A stretch of 64,000 bases of DNA from Felis catus (taxonomy: Eukaryota): contig NC_058373.1 of the NCBI RefSeq assembly GCF_018350175.1, positions 108,378,001 to 108,442,000 on the forward strand, written 5' to 3'. Numbering within the stretch: position 1 is the first letter of the stretch; each line of letters starts with the position of its first letter. The notes under the pieces are model-generated. The model saw only the letters and a program-made list of their open reading frames with translations. It did no database searches and was not told where the DNA came from. The position numbers were made by a program, and so were the translations under genes. Shown in pieces: positions 52,353-64,000 of the stretch.

Positions 52353-54569
52353 CTATATACATTTTAGAATAAACTTTTGATTAAAAAATTATGCTGGGAA
52401 TTTGATTGGAATTGTGTTGAATCCACAGATCAGTTTGGAGGGAATGATATGTTGATAATATTTGTTTTTCAATTCATGAACATGGTATATTGCTTTATTT
52501 AGTGCTTGGATTTTTTTCCATCTGTTTTGTAGTTTCCAGCATAAAGGGTCTCATACATATTTTGTTAGATTTATACCTAAGTATTTCCTCTTTGGGGATG
52601 CTTTTGTAAAGAATACTTTTAAAACTTTAAATTTAAAACTGCTGCTTGCTAGTATGTAAAAATGCCATTGACTTTTGTATAATGGCCTTATATTTTGCAA
52701 TCTCTCTAAACCCACTGTTAGTTCTAATTGTTTTTTGTAGGTATTTTGGGATTTTCTACATAGAAAATAATACAATTAGTGGGAAAAAGGACAGTTTTAT
52801 TTTTTCCTTCCCAATATTCCTTTCTGTTATTGATTTATCTTAACTGATTGTGCTCTATTGAGCACTCTGTTGAATAAGAGTGATGAAAATGGTATCTTTG
52901 CCTTGATCTTGAGCTTACTAGAAAAACTTTGTCTTTCACTATTACTTAGTATTTAGGTGTAGGTATCTGTAGATGCTCTTTATTTTATTGAAGAAGTTCC
53001 CTTCTATAGGTTTGCTATGAGTTTTCATCAAAAAGAAGTTCTGTAAAATGCTGTTTTGCAAATATTGAGATGATTATGTGATCTTTCTTGGTTAGTCTGT
53101 TGAAATGAATTAAACTGATTAATTTTTGAGTGTTGAAGTTGTCTTGCATACCCAGGATAAAATCCACTTGATCATGGTACTGTTCTTTTCATGTATTGCT
53201 GGATTTGTTTTGCCATTGTTTTGTTGAGGATTTTGTTTTCCTTCTGTTTTCATTAGGGATAGCAGGCTGTAGTTTTCTTTTCTTGTACTCTTTGTGTAGT
53301 TTTGGTATCTGGATAATGTTGGCCTCACAATGAATTCACAATGAATTCTGAAACATTTTTCCTTTCCTGTAGTCTAGAAAAGTTTGAATTAAACAAGCAT
53401 TATTTGTTTCTCAGAAGTTTTCTATAGTTTTCCAGCGAACCCATCTGAACCAGGAATTTTGTGTGTTGAGAAGTAGGGATGGGGAGGGGGAATATTTTCA
53501 ACTACAAATTCAGTTTCTTTAGTATGTATAGGATTATTCAAGTTATATGTCTTTTTTCTTGAGTGATTTTATGCAGTTTGTGTTTTTCAAGAATTTTTAA
53601 AATGTCATCTATGTTGTTAAATTTATAGACATAGTATTTCCTTGCTACCTTTTAAATGTTTTAAATTTCCTGATATTGGTGATTTTTGTCTTCATATTTT
53701 GCAGAGGGTGTGGTCTGTCTGAGTAAATTATTATCTAATTTATATATCTTTTTTTCCAAAGAACTAGTTTTTGGTTTTATTAATTTTTCTCGATTGTTTC
53801 TCTGTTCCTGATTTTATTGCTTTCTACTATTATCTTTATTATTTTCTTCTGCTTGCTTTTGTTATAATTTGTTCTTACTTTTTTCTAGTATAATTATTAA
53901 ATGTATACATTTCCCTATAAGAACTGCTTTATGTGCATCCAATAATTATTAATAACTTGTCATTAGAAAATATTTTCTAGTTTCCCTTTGACTTTTTTTG
54001 ATACGTGGTTTACTTAAAAGTATGTTGGTTATGTTCCAAATATTGGAAATATTTTAGATAACTTTCTGTTACTAATTTCTAGTTTAATTCAGTATGGTCT
54101 AAGTATATATTTTATATAATTTTGTGGTTTTTTTTTAATTAGTTAAAGTTTGTTTTATCGTTCTGAATATGTTCTGACTTGTTGAATGTTTCCTATGTAC
54201 TTGAAAAAGACTATGTATTTTGCTGTTGTTGGGCACAGTGTTCTATAAATTACTTCACGTTTTTTGAGGATGTTTTTCTCAGATTTTTTTTATATACTTA
54301 TTTTATCCACTGATTTTGCCAACTGATTTTGTTTTGTTGATTACTGAGAGAAAAGTATTGCAGTTTCTAACTCTTCTTGTGGATTTGGCTATTTTTCTTT
54401 CCAGTTCTAGCAGTTTTTGCTTCATGTAGTTTGAAGCCCTGTTATTAATTCCATATACATTGTAGAAATATGTGCTTCCTTGATGAATTGACTTTTTGCT
54501 CATTATGTAATACACCTTTTTTATCCCTGAAGTCTATTTTGATATTAATATGACTATTCCAGCTCTTTC

Positions 54570-54606
54570 TTTTTTTAAATGTTTGTTTGTTTGTTTGTTT
54601 GTTTGT

Positions 54607-54645
<39 letters not shown>

Positions 54646-55140
54646 TGTGTTGAGAGAGAGAGAGAGAGAGAAGCATAGAGAGGAAGAGGAAGCAGGCTTC
54701 GTGCTGTCAGCAGGGAGCCTGATGTGAGGCTTGATCTTACCAACCGTGAGATCATGACCTGAGCCAGAATCAAGAGTACAATATTTGGGGCACCTGGGTG
54801 GCTCCATCTATTAAGCTTCCGATTTCAGCTCAGGTCATGATCTCTTGGTTCATGGGTTCAAGCAAACATTAAAAAAAAAAAAAAAGAATATGATACTTAA
54901 CCAACTGAGCCACCCAGGTGCCCCTCCAGTGTTCTTTTTTTGTTTTAATTTTTTAAAAATGTTTGGTAATATTTGAGAGAGAGAGAGACAGAGTATGAGC
55001 AGGGGAGGGGCAGAGAGAGAGACAGAATCTGAAGCAGGCTCCAGGCTCTGAGCTGTCAGCATGGAGCCTGATGTGGGGCCCAAATTCAGGAGCTGTGAGA
55101 TCATGACCTGAGCTCAACCGGCTAGGCCACCCAGGAGCCT
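54570..55140 (-). mobile_element. Cluster of three Can-SINEs (one nested in opposite orientation)
   Basis: Antisense SINE 54570-54924 interrupted by a sense, deleted SINE at 54787-54885; second antisense SINE at 54935-55140. Confidence 0.85.
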
Positions 55141-56505
55141 CCCAATATTCTTTTGATTAGTGTTGACATGTATATTCATTAACTTTAAATTTATTTTTAT
55201 ATTTATAGTGGTATTCTTGTGCATGGCATAAAATTGGGTCTTTTTTTTTTTCATCCAACCTAACAAATTTCCAGTTAATTGGTCTTTTTTTTCCACTGTT
55301 TCGTTGGTCTTAATTGTTTATATTTAATGCAATTTTTGATATTGTTGAAATAAAATGTCATTAGATTATTCATATTTGTTTCACCTATTCTTCATTTCTT
55401 TCATCCTATTTTTTTTTCTGCCTTCTTTTGAATTGACTATTTTTAAGATTCCATTTCCTCTCCACTCTGGGCTCATTATTTATATCTCTTTTTTTTAATT
55501 AAAAAATTATGTATCTTTTTAAAAAATGTTTAATGGTCATGCTAGGATTTACAACATATATCTTTAATTGCACTCTACCTTGAAAAAATGTTTTACTGCT
55601 TTAGGTATGGTTTAGTGATGCTACAACAGTATATTCCCAATTTTTCCCTCAAGTCCTTTGTTTTATTGTGATACATTTTACTTTTATACATGAAAGAAAT
55701 ACTCAATACATTGATGCTGTTTTGCTTTAGATGGTTGTCTCTAGATTGGTTGTCTCTCTGATTAAAATAAGAATGTTTGCCTCATTTATGCTATTTGAAG
55801 TCTTTAGCTTAGGTGTATATGCTGCTAATGAATTATCTTAGTTGTTTGTCTTAAAAATATTTATTTTTGAAATAGATTTCAGCTAAGTATGGAATTCTGA
55901 GTTGACAGTTATTTTTTTCCCCAACACTTTAAGGTTGTCATTTCACTGTCTCATGGCTTGCATAGTTTTCATATGAGAAGTATGCTGTAATTCTTACTTT
56001 TGTTCTTCTGCATGTAATGTGTCTTTTTTTTCTATTGGATACCTTCAAGATTTTGTGTTTATCTGTGGTTTTCAGCAGCTATATCTAGGGGTGTGTGTGC
56101 ATGTGTCCGTATGTGTGTGTGTTCTGGTGTTGATTTGTCTTGGTGTTCTCTGATCTTTTTGTGTCTGTAGTTTAGTGAGTTTCATTACTTCTGGAAAATT
56201 CTTGGCCACCATCTCTACAAATATTGCTTCTAATGCATTCTTTTTGCTCCTCTCTCTAGTATTCCAATTGCACAAATATTAGACATTTTGATAACGTCTC
56301 ACAGCTCTTGAATGTTCTTTTTCCTTCACTCTTTTTTCCCTTTTTGTACTTCAGTTTAGGTGGTATAATCTAAGGACATCTACAAGTTTACTTTCTTTGT
56401 GTCAAGTCTGATGACGAGTCCACTGAAAGTCTGATGATGAGTTCATCTCTGTTACCATATATTTTTATTTCTAGCATTCTGATTTGACTTTAAAAAATAA
56501 TTTCA

Positions 56506-56722
56506 GGGGCGCCTTGTGGCTCAGTCGGTTGAGCATCCGACTTCAGCTCATATCATGATCTCACCGTCAGTGGGTTTGAGCCCCGTGTCAGGCTCTGTGC
56601 TGACAACTCAGAGCCTGGAGCCTGCTTCAGATTCTGTGTCTTCTTCTCTCTCTGCCCCTACCCCGCTCACACTTTGTCTCACTCTGTTTCTCAAAAAATA
56701 AATAAATGTAAAAAAATTTTTT
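56506..56722 (+). mobile_element. Can-SINE
   Basis: TSD aaataatttcag. Confidence 0.93.
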
Positions 56723-57011
56723 TTAAATAATTTCAGTCTTCTTTGCTGAAATTTCATATGAGTTTATGCATGTTCCCCCTTTTCCCACTATGACTTTTAA
56801 TATGTTAATTATAGTTACTTTAACTTTTCTGTCTGGTAGTTCCAACATCTGAGTCATCTCTGAGTTTGGGTTTTTTGATTGCTTTGTCTCTCGATGGTAT
56901 ATTTTTCCTTTCTTTTTATTTTGCTTGTCTTGTAATTTTTGATTCAAATCAAACATCATAGGTAGGGAAAGGAAATAGTATTTCCATCTGGAAGTAAGAT
57001 TAGCCTTTTCT

Positions 57012-57297
57012 TAAGCCATACAGAGAAAGACGGATACCATATGCTTTCACTCTTATGTGGATCCTGGGAAACTTAACAGAAACCCATGGGGGAGGGGAAG
57101 GAAAAAAAAAAGAGGTTAGAGTGGGAGAGAGCCAAAGCATAAGAGACTCTTAAAAACTGAGAACAAACTGAGGGTTGATGGGAGGTGGGAGGGAGGGGAG
57201 GGTGGGTGATGGGTATTGAGGAGGGCACCTTTTGGGATGAGCACTGGGTGTTGTATGGAAACCAATTTGACAATAAATTTCATATATTGAAAAAAAT
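57012..57297 (+). mobile_element. Short felid L1 3' end
   Basis: Nearly identical to 23570-23850; TSD attagccttttct. Confidence 0.93.
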
Positions 57298-58489
57298 ATT
57301 AGCCTTTTCTAATGCTGGGAGAAGGTTGGGTCAATTTAGTCAGAATTTGATCTGGGTATGGGTTTTGCTGTTATTGTTAACCTCAGTGTTACATAGGCTT
57401 CAAAATTCTCTATTATTACATCGTGTTTAGGGTAGGGGCTTGTTTTCTACAGATTTTTGTGAAAATCTGCTCTATCTTCAGCCTTGAGTCTCCTCTTTTT
57501 TGCCTGTGCCTCAGAAAGGGTCTCTTTCTTTAGGCTTTTGTCCCTCTCCTTAAGGAGACTTCTTTCTTCTATATTACTTGGTATTTGCTAATGTGGTGTG
57601 GTTCTGTTGGAAATTTCTGTTTTCTGCTGTTTTGGAGCAGCCTATTTTAGGCAGTTCTTATGTCCCTGTGTCACAGGGTTAGGGCCTTCTCAATAATTTT
57701 GCCCCTCCCCTGATGGTCTGACCCTAAGAATTCTTTCTGCCCTTTTCCTAAGGTGGAATTTTTAATTTTGTTTTATTCACTCATGTTAATGTGTTTTTAT
57801 CTGTGGTTTAGGAGTGACAAAATTTGCTTCCCTTCCCCAAGTAGCTTAAAGCCTTTGTTCCATAATGTAAATATCATAGAAGAATTTTGGCAAGACTTCT
57901 TACCTCTCCTATAGTAGCCACTCTTCCCCTCTTCCAGGACTGCACTATGAGAGAAACTTTCTTCACTCCTGTTGTGCCCTGCCTCCAGTCTTTGTTATGA
58001 ATTTTGTGGAGAAGAGCTTCTAAATGGGTTTCGATTTTCCTTGGATTTGTGACTCCTATGAGTTCTGTACACTTGTGCTTGTCCATAGTTGGCCTTTAGA
58101 AATTCCTTGAAAATATTAGCTTCTTCTTACCATCTTGCATAAATCCAGCATCTGCCCCTAGCAAGGCAATGCTTGAGTCCTTTATTCCTTTGAAATAAGT
58201 TTTCTTTTTTTTTGCTTTTGGACTAGTTGTTTATATTATGACTAGAGCTCTCTGATGAGTTTAAGAAATGTGTCATTTTACAAATACCTATATTTTATTG
58301 TTTTTGTTGTGAAAGAGTGGGAGCATTATTTCCAATGTTCTACATCCTAAGTAGAAACTGAGACTTAGAAAATACACACTTAAAACTATATTCTAAAATT
58401 GAATTGGACATTCTTATTAATAGAGTAGCATGTTTGGGCTGGGAGATAAATGTACAACTAAGATATTGGTTTTCCTATAATGAGTTGTG

Positions 58490-58970
58490 TAATGCCTAAG
58501 AGTTACTCATATGTAATGAGTCCTATAAAAAAAGTTTGTGTAAAGTGGCAACAACTAGGTACATGGTAACTCTTGAGATAATTTTATCAGAGATGGTCAG
58601 AAAAGGTTTCACAAAGCAGGTGATATAGGACTACAAACTGTAAGCATGAGTCAGAATTTAACAGGTGGATGGAGGGAGAAAAGCATTCCTTTTAGAGGAA
58701 TGGCATGAACACAGATATGTGGACAAGCCTGACATTTTCAGGGATGGAAAATGAGGCTAGAGCTTAGGTTGCAACCGGGAAGGTCTTTGTTTTTTCTGTG
58801 TTAGGAATTTAGCTTTTATTTTGTAAGCAGTTGGGAATCTCAAAAAGATCATAATCATAAGTGACACCAACAGAGCCTTGTTTTAGAAGGATAACTCTAG
58901 CATCAGTTTGGAGGCTAAATTGAAGGGAAGAATGTATGTTGTCTCTCTAGGGAGCTACTGTAAGAAGAAA
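58490..58970. mobile_element. L2 remnant
   Basis: ggtcagaaaaggtttcac...aggaatttagcttttattttgtaagcagttggga...ttttagaaggataactct. Confidence 0.55.
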
Positions 58971-59029
58971 TGGTATCTGAAACAGTATGAATACATATAG
59001 AGAAATAGTTATCATTATTTTCATGACAC

Positions 59030-59958
59030 AGTGAAGTCATCAAAAAGGCATCTCAGAAAGAGAGTCTTTGACAGGGCTCTGAGAGAGCAATAGGGGCATT
59101 GGCTTATTAGTGGAGGCAGAAGTCCAGGTTTCCCTCTTGGCCTCCTTAACTCTTGAAGGGGTGGTCCTCATTAATGTTGGGTGAGGATGGGAGTTCTATC
59201 TTCCCATGTGAGTTACACTAACACTGAGTTGAGGGTAGCCTTAATACTGTTGGGTGATGGTGAAAATCTTGTCTCCACTAGAGCTCCTCTGATACCCCCC
59301 AAGTTGGGAGGGGCAGGAATGCCTCAATTCAAGTCTGGGTCCAAGTTCCTCATGTGGCGTATTCTGATGGAGATAGAGGATGCTTATTATTGGCTATCAA
59401 AAATGAAATTCCTGGATCCCTACTTTGCCTTCTTTGGCACCCTCTGGTGGGGATGTTGATCAGGGTGCCTCATTATAGCCTGGTGAGGATGGGAATGTAG
59501 GCTCCCCATTTGGACTTTGCTGGCATGGATGAGGGTAGGGAATAGTTTTTTTCTTTCTCTTTTTCTTTCCTTTTTTTATTTTTTTACTGTGCTGTTTAGC
59601 TAGAGTAGAACGTTGATTATCTGAGTTTTCTGTTTTGCTAGGCTAGGCTGCCCCTTCCCTGGTCCTTTGCATAGAAAGAGCGGGCTTTTCTTGGGAACTT
59701 TTTTATCTGTGCCTGTTGGCATTTATGGGTTTCCAGCTTCTTCGGCTTCATGTCTGGGCTATGTGTGGCAAAACAACCCAAGAAACTCACCACCATGCTG
59801 TTCCTTGAATTTCATGGTCCCTGGCCATTCTACCATCTTCTCTGTACCTTTTAGTCTCCCTATCTTTGTTTTATATACAGTGTCTAGGGTTTTTGATTGT
59901 ACTTAGGGGGAAGAATAGGGAAAAGTACATCTATTCTATCTTCCTGGAAGTGAAAGTC
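59030..59958 (-). mobile_element. Ancient L1M 5'-end fragment
   Basis: Ends in gggaagaatagggaaaagtacatctattctatcttcctggaagtgaaagtc, as recalled for old L1M 5' termini. Confidence 0.55.
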
Positions 59959-62789
59959 TTCCATTTAGTCCATAACAGTATTATGACTAAATCTCACTCA
60001 CTTTTTTTGATTTCACAGTGAAAATAAGAGCAATAGAATATGACAAAGGGAGGCGTGAATGTATAGGTCAATATGGGGAGAAAAATTTCTCTAAAAAGAG
60101 AGGTTTTGTATGATGGCTTTTCTCACTTAATCAAATGCTTATTGAATGTCTACCATGTATACAAAGCACTATGGGGAGTGGACAAGTATACACACGTATA
60201 GATCATGAGCCCCTCCTTCAGATTATTGCAAAGCTTATGCCATTTGTTTAATATGTTCCAGAAGATGCACAAATGCTTTCAATGTCCTGGCTGTTGGTGG
60301 TGGTGGGAGTTGGGAATGCAGTAGAGACCTAAAATGAGACAGTCTCATTGGCCCAACTCACTCATGACTTTATAGGTGGGGGAGCTTTACTAAGTTGCCT
60401 TTAGGGAATTTCCATCTTTGTCTCTCTTCCTGATGTGATATAGCCCACTAATTTACTTCAAATGCCTCTTAACCAGTGAACAAAGACTCTTGTTCCTCTT
60501 TCCTCAAAATATGTACATACCCTGAGCCCTCTATGAAACCAGGATAAGGGACTGGACTCTCAGCTGTATGACTATTAAACACTTGGTTTTTTTGGGTCTA
60601 CCTGCTGGCTAGCAGTCTTAAATTATCATCAGTGCTCAGTTTTCTTTTTATTCCAACGGATCACGGCAGCTGCAGTACATGGCTGCTTTGCAGTCTATTA
60701 AAGAGATGTATTTGGAGATACACTAGGAAAAGGCGGCATTTTAATCAGTGATTTATATGCACTTTTTAAAAAGCCTTGTCAAGTCTGCTTTTCCCATTTA
60801 ACCTTGAATTCTTTTCATAACATTGTATCTTGATTTTATGTTCCTTAATGTGCCATATTTTTTCTCTACAATAGATTTTAAGCTAAATTGGCCCAAAACA
60901 AGAGGGATGCTGAATGCTTTTTGTAACCATGGAAACATTTCTGGGCACTTACTGAGGATCTGGTTGCCAATAGTAATGTAACAGAGAAAAGAGATACACT
61001 TCATTTAGCAGTTGCCTATGATTAAGAGGCAGATAGACTCCTTATAGTGATATCTCAAGATAGGTTTTTTTGGTTTAAAGACCCAAATCCAAAACACCAA
61101 CTTCTCAGTCAAGAAGCAGTTATGACACTTTGATATGTGATGGGAAAGTGTTCTAATTGCATTGAAAATCATCTTTGTTTTCAGTTTTTCACCTCATACT
61201 TTTTTTTTTTGAGACTGTTTTTTAACCACATGTATTTGTTTCCAAGAAATATGCTCACTATTTCCTGAAATAGCCTGCTAATGGAATTAATGTGTTCCAA
61301 GTACACTGGCATATAGAACTTTAGATACACTCTTTGGCTAGATGGAATGAATTAAAAAAAATAGAACAGCAGGCTTTGAAATCATGGTGACATAATTTGA
61401 CTTTTCGGTCAGATTATGAGGCTAATATAACATGAAAGGGAAAATCCTACAGTGTTCTTAGTTACTGGTTGGTCTCAAGATTTTATGGATTGGGGGTATT
61501 TTGTTCTGTCAATGTTGTTAGGACTGCTTGTGGCAATTGAGACTAAATGGCATCAGGTAATATAATGCAATTGATTTATAAATCATATGGGCTTTATTTC
61601 TTTTCTGTAGGACATGTTATGCCACATGAGATGTTGCATCCTGCCTTTCCTGTGTTTGCAATACTTGAACTTTGCTTTTGCATTGACAAAGTGCTTTCTT
61701 GAAAGTAAACTTATCTCTAGTTAAATTTGTCTTCATTCATTAGTCCTTCATTTGATAGCATATGCCATCACATTCCTTGGTTATCAAGAATTGGTCATAA
61801 AAAAGTTTAGTATTCTGCAAAACCTTCAGAATTTGTTTTCTAAAAACTTTTTGAGGTTAATTTTCTTGATATGTTGACTTGCATGTTTTAGAAAAAGTAG
61901 GTATTAATGAACATGCTAGGAGCTGATGTACGGTATTCAGAGTCTTGACATTGAAGGCAAGGAGACTTATTGCTACTGCAATGTATTTTGCAATTTTGTG
62001 TCATTTTTAAAGGAAATTTTAGGCGTGTAACAAATTCCTGCATGGACAGAAGTTGGAACATATGACTTATTCAAATGGTCAGAATGTGGATTAAATTTTT
62101 ACCTTGATTTCTGGGTATTATTATAATAGAATGCTTGAACATTTTTAAAGGCAGCTTTAAAATGAGGAAATAAAGTCCTTTTTTCTTTTCCTATTCTTAG
62201 CATCATTAGGAATGGATTAGAGAGATAGGAGGTAAATTATACTACAAATGAGCTTAAGTTCCATTTTTCCAATTCCCAAGGAATGAGGAATTTTTCTTTA
62301 ATAATGGAATTACTTGATAATGGAAAAGCTCAGGGGTCTTCTCTGCCCCGAGACTCACACAGTAATAGAGCCAGGTGATTCTTTTTTGCAATTATCTATC
62401 CTATTAGGGAAGAAGCTGGAGCCAGGTAGGAAGTACAAACTTAATAAGACCTTTTCTTCATTTACTATCTGGTTTTCTCTTGCTGAGCGAGATTTTTACC
62501 TGTGTGTTTGTGTGTTGTTTATTCATCTTTTAAAATGCCATAGAGATACTATCTTTTTTTCCCCTCTTGTATTCTCCTTCCTTTGGGAAATCCCCCTTCT
62601 CCCTCCCCTGGTATTCTTGTTAGATATCCACCTCTGAGGAGAAATGGTCTTGTTTCTGAAAAGGAGCCTTATAAATAATGGAGTTTCTGATTTGTGATGA
62701 TGAGTTCCTTTTCCCTTTGAGCTCTTGTTAAGTATGCTCAGGGGTGGTCTAGGCCACTGCTAATGGAGTTTTTAGTGCCCTTTACATTT

Positions 62790-63420
62790 CCTAGTTTTTA
62801 AATTTATGAAACATTTCAAAACACAGAAAAGTATAGCATGATATAACAAACATCCACAAATCCACCACTTAACTCTGCCACATCTTAAAGTTTTGCCACA
62901 TTGAACTCCAATTTATTTTAAAGACGCCATCCAGGACCAATATGATTGGAACCCTCTGTGAACTCCTCCTTGTTTTCTTTCTCTTCTCTCCTCTAGGAGT
63001 AAAACAAGTCTAAATTTGGGGGCGTGATTCCCAGCGTGTTTTTATTCTTTTGCTGCAAGTATTTGTATCTGTAAATTTCACACAACATAATTTTGCATGT
63101 TGGAAAGCTATCCAAATGATATGATATTAACCATGTTATTCTGCAACCTGTTTCTGTTTACCTCTCAATGCTATGCTTTTGAATGATTCAGACCCATGTA
63201 GATTTAGTTTATTTTAACTGATGTATAATAGTCCACTGTATTAAATAACATGCCATTTATCCATTTACATGTTGATCCAATTTATCCATTCTTATTAACA
63301 CCTAATTTATTTCCAGTTTTTCACGATAATGAATAATTCTGCCATGTAAACTTATCTATGAGCACATATACCAGAGTTTCTTTAGATGTCATATATGAAG
63401 GAGACAGTGCTATTGTGAGC
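62790..63420 (-). mobile_element. Old L1 (L1ME-like) 3' fragment
   Basis: aaacatttcaaaacacagaaaagta...tttatccattct...ttccagtttt motifs. Confidence 0.6.
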
Positions 63421-64000
63421 CCCTTGCTTTAACTAGGTAATTTCTTCCTGGGTTGAGGCACCTTGAATAGATTCCTTGGTCCTCCCCCAGTTTTTCTTGA
63501 GGTGGTTCCAATTGGTTCTGTAACCAAGAGAGTTATAACCAATGGTGTGCTGAAGGCATTAAAAGAATCTAAGAGTTGTCTGTGCTTTCCATAGCAAGTT
63601 TAAATAATGAATGAAAACATGGGCAGTGACACCAAATTTTAGGGGACTTACAGGCTCCTTTGAAACTTTAACAAAAGTTATGAACCTACTTTTTCAGAAA
63701 ACACATGCAGGATATACCAAAACATTTTTATAATGAAATTTCATGGGTTCATGGACCACCCAAAGTATATCTATGATATTCTAGATTAAAGTCTACAAGG
63801 TGTACAAAAACAGCTAGTGATGATACAGTCAGGAGTCAACCACTGTACCGTTTCATTTTAAATTTGACTTTTTTCCTAAGAAAATAAAATTGGAGAGATA
63901 CATTAGGATCTCATTGGTCTTCAGGTATTCTCTCTCTGCTGACGTCTATTCTGCTTTGTCCTGCTTTGGATGTTGAGGCTGGTGTTCTGCAAACTACCGT

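Larger units (their letters stand above)
49885..58363 (-). mobile_element. Ancient, near full-length L1M element (decayed), interrupted by younger insertions
   Basis: 3' end at ~49900, ORF2 remnants (50098-54515 peptides), ORF1-like remnants (56072-56959), 5'UTR-like sequence to ~58360. Confidence 0.75.

Overview
This is mammalian genomic DNA, almost certainly from a cat-family (felid) carnivore, judged from the tRNA-derived Can-SINE/SINEC_Fc elements and L1_Fc-type 3' ends. The window lies inside the 5' half of the synaptotagmin-16 (SYT16) gene on the + strand and is mostly intron, filled with SINEs, L1s, L2/MIR, MaLR/ERV LTRs, DNA-transposon MITEs and microsatellites. Two exons are supportable. 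The first is the large ATG-containing exon (47584-48256, CDS from 47734) encoding the known soluble, TM-less SYT16 N-terminus (MVLAMASQD...). The second is an intact 177-nt exon 26.6 kb upstream (20830-21006) encoding a SYT14-like transmembrane anchor. Both exons end in phase 1, so they are interchangeable N-termini. Splicing them together creates a stop 4 codons into the big exon, turning the TM exon into a uORF/microprotein ahead of the soluble isoform. Other notable structures are a twin-primed L1 with a triplicated 3' end, a 54-bp local L1 copy pasted into a neighbouring SINE, an L1 3' transduction, a tailless U6 retro-fragment and several local duplications. Repeat family names and protein homologies were recognised by eye from remembered sequences, not from database searches.
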